From the NCBI GenBank assembly GCA_965227295.1, contig OZ245742.1:4192001-4256000 (forward strand): 64,000 nt of DNA, given 5' to 3'. This document shows, in pieces, positions 1 to 8,307 of this stretch. How positions within the stretch are numbered: position 1 is the stretch's first letter; every line of letters starts with the position of its first letter. Under the pieces are notes generated by a model, which ran no database searches, was not told the origin of the DNA, and saw nothing but the letters and a program-made list of their open reading frames with translations. The position numbers were made by a program, and so were the translations under genes. The stretch comes from Leptonemataceae bacterium (GTDB lineage Bacteria; Spirochaetota; Leptospiria; Leptospirales; Leptonemataceae).

Positions 1-824
1 TCACGGTTCGCCGCGACAATGAGATCGTTGATGCCGTCGTTGGTGATGTCGGCCACGTTCTGGCGAAACCCGAAGAAACTACCGGACACCGCTCCCTCGA
101 ACTGTATGTTTGAGTCGGCCTCGGTGAGACTGCCGGTGCTGATGTTGCTGCTGCCGAGATAGACGTAGATCATTCCCGAGTTGGTTACGTTGGGTCCGTT
201 GGCGCCGAAGGCTCCGACGCTCAGGTCCGCCACCGTATCGTTGTTCAGGTCGCCGATGGTCATGGAGTTGCCCAGGCTCGCGTTGTCGGTGGTGTGGGTG
301 AGGATCATGTCCGCGTCCGAGGCCAGAAGCGTTGCCGGCCAGGAGCTCCGCCCGAAGAAGACATACACAAAGCCGCGACTCGTGCCGGCGCCGTTGGCCG
401 TAAAGGCGCTGAAGGCGAGATCGTCCAGGCCGTCCGCGTTGATGTCTCCCACGGCCTGGATGATCCCGAACTGCCCGCTGTTCTCGACACCCGTGATTTT
501 AACGTCGGCGGTGTCGTTCTGAATGCTTCCCGTAGCGCTGAGGGGACCGAAGTAGATGTAGATCCGCCCGCGATCGGTACCGCCGCCATCGTAACCAAAT
601 CCACCGATCATCAGGTCTTCGTTGCCGTCGTTGTTGAAATCCGCCTTGATGGTCGGCGGCGTTTCGGGCGGGGTATAAAAGAGATAGGCGAGCCAGGCAG
701 TACCGCAATAGGGATCCCGGGCATCGCATTCTGTTTCCACGGTCAGGCAGGCCGGCATCGTCGACAGGACAGCGCCGGCCAGGATCGCGAGAAATGTTTG
801 GTGAATGGTATGTCCCCGATTCAT
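1..824 (-). CDS. FG-GAP/integrin-alpha-like repeat lipoprotein (partial, runs off the left edge)
   Basis: Manual translation from ATG 824: MNRGHTIHQTFLAILAGAVLSTMPAC (lipobox), then CDARDPYC, then repeats ADFNNDGNEDL, GDINADGLDDL, GDLNNDTVADL, ADITNDGINDL with G.vYvffG motifs. Missing from the ORF track because there is no stop in the window. Confidence 0.85.
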   Translation of the reverse strand, partial: MNRGHTIHQTFLAILAGAVLSTMPACLTVETECDARDPYCGTAWLAYLFYTPPETPPTIKADFNNDGNEDLMIGGFGYDGGGTDRGRIYIYFGPLSATGSIQNDTADVKITGVENSGQFGIIQAVGDINADGLDDLAFSAFTANGAGTSRGFVYVFFGRSSWPATLLASDADMILTHTTDNASLGNSMTIGDLNNDTVADLSVGAFGANGPNVTNSGMIYVYLGSSNISTGSLTEADSNIQFEGAVSGSFFGFRQNVADITNDGINDLIVAANR

Positions 825-959
825 GGGACATGGTTTATCCGATCGCGTTTCTTGCCAGAAAAAACGAGGTTTGCCTCGATGCACCTGCGCCCTGCCCGGC
901 TACTGAAACTCCGTCGCCCAAATGGTTGACCCGATCCCGCCGTCACGGCTTGTTTCCTC

Positions 960-2633
960 ATGCCCTCTACGTACGACTTCATCATCGTCGGCGGCGGCTC
1001 GGCCGGCTGCGTGCTGGCCAACCGTCTGTCGGCCAATGCCGATCAATCCGTGCTCATGCTCGAAGCCGGCCGCCCGGATTACTGGTGGGACCTGTTCATC
1101 CACATGCCCGCCGCGCTCACGATTCCCATCGGCAACAAACACTACGACTGGATGTACGAATCGGAGCCGGAACCGTTCATGGACGGCCGTCGCGTCTATC
1201 ACGCCCGCGGCAAGGTCCTCGGCGGTTCGTCGTCCATCAACGGCATGATCTTCCAGCGCGGCAATCCCCGGGACTTCGAAAAATGGAGTAAGTTGCCGGG
1301 CCTCGGGAACTGGGACTACGCCCACTGCCTGCCGTACTTCAAGCGCATGGAAGAGTGCACGGCCGAACGCGACGGTATTTTGGGCGGCGGCGGGCGCAGC
1401 GCAGAGTTTCGCGGCACCGACGGACCGCTGTGGCTCGAACGCGGGCCGGGTGTGAATCCGCTCTTCGCCGCGTTCTTACAGGCGGCCGAACAGGCCGGCT
1501 ACCCGCTCACCGACGACGTCAACGGTTTTCAGCAGGAGGGCTTCGCGTTGTTTGATCGGAACGTGCGCAAGGGCCGGCGGTGGTCCGCGGCGCGGGCGTA
1601 CTATCATCCTGTCAAACATCGCAAGAACTTAACGTTGCGCAGTCGTGTATTAACGTCGCGCATCATTTTCGAAGAAGGCGGTAGTCGACCCCGGGCCGTG
1701 GGTGTGGAGTTTTTTCGCGGGCGTAAACGTGAAGTCGTCTACGGAAAAGAAATCATTCTGTGCGCCGGGGCCTTCAACTCGCCGCAGTTGCTGCAACTTT
1801 CCGGCGTGGGCCCGGCCGAACATCTCAAGGCCGCCGGCGTGAACGACGTGCGCCTGGACCTGAAGGGCGTCGGTGAGAATCTGATGGACCACCTGGAAGT
1901 CTACGTACAGTACGCGTGCAAGAAGCCGGTGTCGATGAACCCGGCGCTGAAATGGTGGCGCAAACCGTTCATTGGAGCGCAGTGGTTGTTTCGTACCGGC
2001 CCGGCCGCGACGAATCACTTTGAGGCCGGCGGCTTCATCAAGAGCAATGCGAACGAGGCCTATCCGAACCTCATGTTTCACTTTTTGCCCCTGGCGATTC
2101 GCTATGACGGCTCGTCGCCGGCCGGCGGTCACGGTTACCAGGTGCACGTCGGTCCGATGTTTTCGGACGCCCGCGGCCACGTGCGCATTCAATCGACGGA
2201 TCCGCGCGTGCATCCGAAGTGTTTGTTTAATTATCTCAGTACGGAACAGGATCGTCGGGAATGGAAGGAAGCCGTGGACCGCGCCCGCGACATCCTGAAT
2301 CAGCCGGCCATGGCCGAGTTCAACGGCGGCGAGATCTCTCCGGGCCCCGGCGTAAGTTCGAACGAGGAGATCTTAGCGTGGGTTGCGAAGGACGCGGAAA
2401 CCGCGCTCCATCCTTCGGGTACCTGCAAGATGGGGACGGACGAATGGGCCGTCACCGATCCGGAAGGCCTGCGCGTGCACGGCACGGAGGGCCTGCGCGT
2501 CGTGGACGCTTCGATCATGCCGATCATTACGAACGGTAACATCTACGCGCCGACGGTTATGATGGCCGAGAAGGCCGCGGACGCGATCCTGGGGAACACG
2601 CCGCTGCCGGCGGAAGACGTGACGTGGGGCTGA
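960..2633 (+). CDS. betA: Choline dehydrogenase (GMC oxidoreductase)
   Basis: YDFIIVGGGSAGCVLANRLS FAD motif, RGKVLGGSSSINGM, ETALHPSGTCKMG, GLRVVDASIMP, NGNIYAPTVMMAEKAAD. Confidence 0.9.
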   Translation: MPSTYDFIIVGGGSAGCVLANRLSANADQSVLMLEAGRPDYWWDLFIHMPAALTIPIGNKHYDWMYESEPEPFMDGRRVYHARGKVLGGSSSINGMIFQRGNPRDFEKWSKLPGLGNWDYAHCLPYFKRMEECTAERDGILGGGGRSAEFRGTDGPLWLERGPGVNPLFAAFLQAAEQAGYPLTDDVNGFQQEGFALFDRNVRKGRRWSAARAYYHPVKHRKNLTLRSRVLTSRIIFEEGGSRPRAVGVEFFRGRKREVVYGKEIILCAGAFNSPQLLQLSGVGPAEHLKAAGVNDVRLDLKGVGENLMDHLEVYVQYACKKPVSMNPALKWWRKPFIGAQWLFRTGPAATNHFEAGGFIKSNANEAYPNLMFHFLPLAIRYDGSSPAGGHGYQVHVGPMFSDARGHVRIQSTDPRVHPKCLFNYLSTEQDRREWKEAVDRARDILNQPAMAEFNGGEISPGPGVSSNEEILAWVAKDAETALHPSGTCKMGTDEWAVTDPEGLRVHGTEGLRVVDASIMPIITNGNIYAPTVMMAEKAADAILGNTPLPAEDVTWG

Positions 2634-2640
2634 CGCTCCC

Positions 2641-3246
2641 TTACTTCGGCGACTTGCGGTGAATGACCTCGGGGCCGATCTCATCGTATTCGTCCGGCGT
2701 GATCATCGTTTCGGCGAACGTGGAATCGGCCGCCATGCCGGACGTCATGGACCAACTCGTAAAGTGCGGGCTCATGAAGAATCCGGCGACACCGAAGGTT
2801 TCGAAGAACAACTGCGTGGTTGCTTCGCGGGCTTCGTCCGTACTATTCGCGGCCTCGTTTAGAACCACGGCGACCTCGTCCGGTTCTACCTGAAGTTTGC
2901 TCGATAGAATGTGTTGCACGAGCGCTTCGAAGGCGTTCCGGTCGCTGATCGTATTACCACCGGGTTCCAGGGCGTAAGTAATTTTTAATGTAGCTTTGCG
3001 TTCGAGGGCTTCGTTGCCGTAATAGGTTTTTGTACCGCCCATGCCGATCATCGGTCCCGGACTCGCGCTTGTGCCGATCACGGCCGGCATGCTGAACCGC
3101 GGCGCGGATTCGCCGGCCAGACCGGCTTCGATGTTGCCGTCTTTGAGATGCAGGACGACCGTTTGTTCGGGACCGCCGGCGGACAGAGGCAGCGCGAAAA
3201 CGGCGAGCACAATGCAGAGTAGTAATCGATACGACAGGTAATTCAT
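2641..3246 (-). CDS. Secreted truncated actin-like protein (eukaryotic actin subdomains 1+2 only)
   Basis: Signal peptide, then AGLAGESAPR, GPMIGMG, YYGNEA, LQVEPDE..VVLNEA, RE..TQLFFETF and C-terminal STF...IT..EYDEIGPEVIHRK, all collinear with actin motifs. Confidence 0.85.
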   Translation of the reverse strand: MNYLSYRLLLCIVLAVFALPLSAGGPEQTVVLHLKDGNIEAGLAGESAPRFSMPAVIGTSASPGPMIGMGGTKTYYGNEALERKATLKITYALEPGGNTISDRNAFEALVQHILSSKLQVEPDEVAVVLNEAANSTDEAREATTQLFFETFGVAGFFMSPHFTSWSMTSGMAADSTFAETMITPDEYDEIGPEVIHRKSPK

Positions 3247-3303
3247 GTAAAAAATCTCCAGGCAATCTATGCAAAATTTAGACGATGATCCGCCCGATTT
3301 TGT

Positions 3304-4884
3304 TCACCCGGCCCATTCCTCGCGCTCTTGTTCCAGGGGAACAAACTCCGGTTTCAGGAAATAGGCTGAAGTAGTGTCTTCCATTAACAGGCGTAGAAAT
3401 TCACCTACGGACCGTGCAATGAACACACGGTCCTCCGGAGTCCGTTCCAGTACAACTTCGAAACCGTAATCATCTACGGCGATCCAGGCGCCGTCCTGCA
3501 TTTTGCCGAAGGCGATGCCTCGCATATCCGAATAGTCGACACCACCGTCCGTACGATGCTCCACCGTCGCCAGCGGTTCCAGATCCTGCACCGGCAAAAA
3601 CTCGAACTGCCATTGCGGGAAACGAATGCCGTCACATTTATGATACAACGCATTCAGCTCCGCGGGAACGTCGCCCAGTAAAAACGAAACGGTACCGTGC
3701 AACGCTTCGGACACCGCGCCGGCCGGCTTTGGCGGTCGCGGGCTGCCGTACAGCATCAGCTCATCGATGAATTGTAAGGCCGTGCGTACTTCGCGGACGG
3801 CCCATCCGGGCTTCGGCTTCAGGGCGAGGCCTTCCTGATGCACACCCGCGACTCCGCCCACGAATTCCATGCGTTTTGATACGAGGCGGTCCCTGTACTG
3901 AAACGGAACGAAGGAGAGGCCGGAAGGCAAAGAATCAGCGCTCAATCCCGGTCCCAGATCGTAACTTGCATCTTCCCAGTCTTCGTCCGTAACGCCCAGG
4001 ATCGGATTGGGAATCGTAAACCGTCCGGTAACATAGTTGCGCACATACGGAAAGAGATGCGCGATCCAACCGTTCATCAACTCTTCGCCGTAAGCATCCC
4101 TGAGTTTGTAGATGCGTCGCCAGTGGTCCAGGTCAATGTCACCGGAACGCGCGCGCACAAACTGATCGCACACCGGAACCAGATACTCCAGCCACCATGC
4201 ACAGTCATAATCGTGCAGGTACTCCACTTTGGCTCGCAAACGTTGCCAGTCGGCCGGAGTACCTTCCAGTGTGATTTCCGGAATACCGCAGACACAAACA
4301 GAGCGATAGTTGTAAAACGGCTGAAAGACATCCATCATGACCAGGCGACTGACCAAAAGCTCCAGCGGGCCGGAGGTACTGAAGTCGGCCTCCAGCCATT
4401 GAAAAGACTTCGGAGCGCGCGCCTCGATTTCCTCTGCAAACATGGGAAACATAAGCTGCCAGGGATTTTCCGGAGCGCCGTCGACAAAACCTTCGACTTC
4501 GATCGTAATGTCTTTCGTGCCTTCATGTGAGACCAGGCGATCTCGCAGATGCTCCGCATGATTGTGCACGTGATTTGCCAGGCCCTGGGCGATCGTAATC
4601 CAGATCGCATCCGGCGTGAGAATGAGCGGGCGATGCTCGCTGAAGGCAAGATGCACGGCACCGACTAATGGATGACCGGGCGCTCGCACCACGTTATCGG
4701 TATAACTGTAACATGCCTCCAGGGGAGCCGCTTCCTCTTCCGGATAGCTGTACGGCCCGTGATCCACACTGTCGATGGTGCCGGCCATGTAGTCGTAGAT
4801 CTTGCACTCGGGCAGCGGCTCTCGCGCCGGTTCAACATCGTCCACCGGAAACGTGATGTATTGTTCGTTCTTGCGTATGTTCAT
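3304..4884 (-). CDS. DUF4419-family protein with C-terminal SMI1/KNR4-like domain
   Basis: AFSEHRPLILTPDAIWITIAQG, ADFSTS, CGIPEITLEGT.DW, NGWI..LFPY, F.GG..G (DUF4419-like). C-terminal P.EL..LY..CDG ... IAFG ... IARSVGEFL (SMI1-like). Confidence 0.75.
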   Translation of the reverse strand: MNIRKNEQYITFPVDDVEPAREPLPECKIYDYMAGTIDSVDHGPYSYPEEEAAPLEACYSYTDNVVRAPGHPLVGAVHLAFSEHRPLILTPDAIWITIAQGLANHVHNHAEHLRDRLVSHEGTKDITIEVEGFVDGAPENPWQLMFPMFAEEIEARAPKSFQWLEADFSTSGPLELLVSRLVMMDVFQPFYNYRSVCVCGIPEITLEGTPADWQRLRAKVEYLHDYDCAWWLEYLVPVCDQFVRARSGDIDLDHWRRIYKLRDAYGEELMNGWIAHLFPYVRNYVTGRFTIPNPILGVTDEDWEDASYDLGPGLSADSLPSGLSFVPFQYRDRLVSKRMEFVGGVAGVHQEGLALKPKPGWAVREVRTALQFIDELMLYGSPRPPKPAGAVSEALHGTVSFLLGDVPAELNALYHKCDGIRFPQWQFEFLPVQDLEPLATVEHRTDGGVDYSDMRGIAFGKMQDGAWIAVDDYGFEVVLERTPEDRVFIARSVGEFLRLLMEDTTSAYFLKPEFVPLEQEREEWAG

Positions 4885-5046
4885 GATAGAGGACGGATCA
4901 GCGACGATGGCAGTCTTCCGATTCGCTGTCCATCTAAATCATCCGGCGGGAACGTCCTTGCTCTTTTCGTGATGACCGGGAAAACTCGCCGTTATGCATC
5001 GCATCTTACTTGTTTTAAGTATGCTTTTTTGAGTGACGGAGCCGGA

Positions 5047-6813
5047 TCACAACGCCGACTCCACCGCCCGAATTCCCTGCTTCGCTTCGCCTTCCGCGTC
5101 ATGCAACGCATCTTTTAGAAGATCGTCCAGCGTGGCTTCAATGACGCCGAACAACGGCGCGTGCGGATTGTAACCGACTTCGTCCCAGACTTTGCAGAGT
5201 TTCGCGAAGGGATCCGCCTGCATGACGATGCTGTCGTTCGAAAAAACCATCACGTCTTTGCCGGCGTCGTAATGATTCCAGGCGGCGGCATCGGCGACGG
5301 GCCGGCCGGATTTCGCAAAGCTCGTCCAGTAGCCGCCCATGATGTCCGACATGCGATTCTCGGAAACGTTAAAGCCGCCGTCGACGGCGCCCGTGCTGTC
5401 GTCGGAGTTATGAAAGACGTACGGCAACTCCGAGCCGTGGCAGACCGCGTCCGCGCACTGCGGATACTGCGGCCAGGGATTGAACGCGGAGATGTAGTCG
5501 AACGTGTAGACAAAGTTACGCGCAGCCTGCCCCACTGCCGCTGAACGGTTGCCGCACTTAAACAGATAGTCCGTGGCGAGCCGCGCGAGGGTCGCGCTGT
5601 TGTCGCCTTTCACCGGCGGATACTGCTGCACAATGAGTTTGCGTTCGTTTTGATCGAAGAAAAGATTCAACACGAACTGATACTCGGCCTGCGTGATCGC
5701 TCCGATGACCTTCGTCGCCATGGCGATGAACAACACCGCCTCGTTCGCGTTCGAGCCCATCAACATGGGCACACGGAACTGAGCCTTGGAGATCGGCGGC
5801 GGGTTGTCCGTGATTACCCTGTGGTCGATGACCGGAGCCCAGATGACCGGCCCGGCAATGCCTTCGGTCAGCACCGGCAGGAGACCCACGAAATTCGTCT
5901 CGCCGCTAACAATTTCTTTTGTGGACTTAGAACGCAGGCACTCCGCGCGTGCGGCTCCCGGAATCGGACAGAGGTTCACCAGGCTGAAGGCCCGGCCGAG
6001 TTTATCGGCCTGCTGCGCATCTTTGTAGGCCAGCGCGATGGGATTGCTTTCCATGATTGCGAAACGAAACAGGCCCGCGCTACCCGGCGCGGTCGAGGCA
6101 TGCAACCCCACCGACATGGCCCCGGCGCTCTGGCCGAAGATGGTAACCTTGTCCGGACTGCCGCCGAAGGCACCGATGTTCCGTTGCACCCAGCGAAGCG
6201 CCAGTTGTTGATCCAGGAAACCGTAATTCCCCAATAGGCCGGCGTCCTTCACAAAGAGAAAACCCGAAGCACCGAGGCGATAATTCAGGTTCACGATGAT
6301 GATGTCGTGATGCGAGGCGAGGTAGGCGCCGTCGTACAGGGTCGTCTGCGCCGAGCCGGCCATGAAAAATCCGCCGTAAATGAAAACCATCACCGGCGTA
6401 TGCGGCTGCACATGCTCCGGCGTCCACACGTTGACGATGAGACAATCCTCGTCCATGGTCTTCGGATCGTAAGGTGCCTGCGGACAAATTTTACCCGGTC
6501 CCGTCGCATCGAAGACGCCTTCCCAGACGGCCTTCGGTTCCGGCGGCGCGAACCGCACCGGCTTTTCGGCGAAGGGAATGCCCGTGTACGCGTAGGCCTT
6601 GCGATCGCCGGAGTCCACGAGTTGCCCCTGGATCTTTCCGGCCGGCGCGGGAATGATGCCCTGATGCGCCGTCGTCTTCAGCGTCGGCAGATCGGCAACG
6701 GGAGCGGCGGCGTCATGCCCGGCAGGTTTGCACGCGAGAAGCAGCACGCTGCTCGTAAGCAGAGTGGAGGCTAACAGTAGCGTAACATTCGTTCGGAATG
6801 CTTTAATTTGCAT
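5047..6813 (-). CDS. Type-B carboxylesterase/lipase family lipoprotein
   Basis: GIPFA..P.RF..P, EDCL.VNVWTP, YGGFF.GS, NYRLG, FGQSAG nucleophile elbow, HGSELPYVF; lipobox LLLAC. Confidence 0.9.
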   Translation of the reverse strand: MQIKAFRTNVTLLLASTLLTSSVLLLACKPAGHDAAAPVADLPTLKTTAHQGIIPAPAGKIQGQLVDSGDRKAYAYTGIPFAEKPVRFAPPEPKAVWEGVFDATGPGKICPQAPYDPKTMDEDCLIVNVWTPEHVQPHTPVMVFIYGGFFMAGSAQTTLYDGAYLASHHDIIIVNLNYRLGASGFLFVKDAGLLGNYGFLDQQLALRWVQRNIGAFGGSPDKVTIFGQSAGAMSVGLHASTAPGSAGLFRFAIMESNPIALAYKDAQQADKLGRAFSLVNLCPIPGAARAECLRSKSTKEIVSGETNFVGLLPVLTEGIAGPVIWAPVIDHRVITDNPPPISKAQFRVPMLMGSNANEAVLFIAMATKVIGAITQAEYQFVLNLFFDQNERKLIVQQYPPVKGDNSATLARLATDYLFKCGNRSAAVGQAARNFVYTFDYISAFNPWPQYPQCADAVCHGSELPYVFHNSDDSTGAVDGGFNVSENRMSDIMGGYWTSFAKSGRPVADAAAWNHYDAGKDVMVFSNDSIVMQADPFAKLCKVWDEVGYNPHAPLFGVIEATLDDLLKDALHDAEGEAKQGIRAVESAL

Positions 6814-6861
6814 AGGGCTCTTAACTTACGGAAAGCCGGGGTGAACGCAAGCGGAATTCTT

Positions 6862-8270
6862 CGAAATCAAGAGCCGCGAATCCGAACCCGCTCCGCCCCA
6901 CGGATTGAGCGGGGCTCCGGGTGCGGATTCGCTTGCTGGATCTTTACGATGAAGACGCCGTTCCGGTCCGCCGAACCACGATCCCCGGCACAACCTCCGC
7001 ACGTCAGCTGGAACCGGCTGTACCCATAATAGTGTTAATCCAAACTGGCCTTAACTTACACCACGATTCGGGCCTAAGCGAACGAATAAAACGCTTCCGG
7101 TAGTTCAAGAGCTGTGCCCCGCGGCGGTTGCCGTGAAAATACGATATAAGTTGCGCAATGTTGAAGGGGTTCTTTTTGCTACGGCTTAGCGGGAGTTGTG
7201 GAGTTTCGTTTTGCAAAGCACGCTGCGTTCGACCCGGACGTCGCTTTGCAAGTCAACTACCGGACGTTTCTTGCGGCGAAGACGCCGTTCCGGTGCGCCT
7301 TACCAAATTCCCCGGCATGACCTCCGTTCATCTGCTGGAACCAGCCGTACCCAAAAAGTACACTGGCCGCCACTTACACTACGATTCGGGGCGTCCGCGA
7401 ACAACCCGCGCGTTTCCGGTAGTTCAAGAGCCGCGGTTCGTTGCGATTGCCGTGAGGAACATGAAGTAAGTTGTGCAACGGTGAAGGGGTTGTTATGGCT
7501 ACGGCGAAGCGGGAGTTGTGGTATGTCGTTTTGTTAAGACAGTCCGCATCGACCCGGACGTCGGTTGTGCGACTTCTCTATCGTATCGTTTCTTACGGCG
7601 AAGACGCCGTTCCGGTCCGCCTCACCATGCTCCCCGGCATGACCTCCGCCCGTCAGCTGGAACCAGCTGTACCCATAAAAGGCTTAATGTACACTGGCCG
7701 CTACTTACACTACGATTCTGGGCGTGCGTGAGCTACCCGAACGTTTCCGGTAGTTCAAGAGCCGCGGTTCGTTGCGATCGCCGTGAGAAACATGACGTAA
7801 GTTGCGCAACGGTGAAGGGGTTGTTATGGCTACGGCGAAGCGGGAGTTGTGGTATGTCGTTTTGTTAAGACAGTCCGCATCGACCCGGACGTCGGTTGTG
7901 CGACTTCTCTATCGTATCGTTTCTTACGGCGAAGACGCCGTTCCGGTCCGCCTCACCATGCTCCCCGGCATGACCTCCGCCCGTCAGCTGGAACCAGCTG
8001 TACCCATAAAAGGCTTAATGTACACTGGCCGCTACTTACCTCACGATTCAGGGCGTGTGCGAATAATCAAAACATTTCCGGCATTCAAGAGCCGCGGTTT
8101 ATGCACGCCGCCGTGAACATCAAAGCGTAAGTCGTGTAATAGTAGCGGTATCTTTTGGTTACGGCTCTTCGGAGTTGTGGAAATTCGTTTTGCAAAGAAC
8201 GTTCACTTCGACCCGGACGTCGACTTACGACTCTGCTACCGAAGCGTCTCTGACGGCGAAGACCGCATCA
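6862..8270 (+). repeat. Tandem array of about 4.3 copies of a ~320-331 bp unit
   Basis: Marker TTCCGG(T/C)A(G)TTCAAGAGC recurs at about 7095, 7414, 7745 and 8075. The units starting at ~7414 and ~7745 are nearly identical. Blocks GAAGACGCCGTTCCGGT and CTGGAACC are shared by the four full-length units. Confidence 0.95.
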
Positions 8271-8307
8271 GCTTACACTGACCTTCATTTACTCTACAAT
8301 CCCAACC

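Noticed and set aside
6862..8270. CRISPR array or hammerhead-retrozyme interpretation of the tandem repeat
   Set aside because: Units are ~330 bp with no unique spacers and no cas genes. I could not find a CUGANGA...GAAA hammerhead core on either strand.
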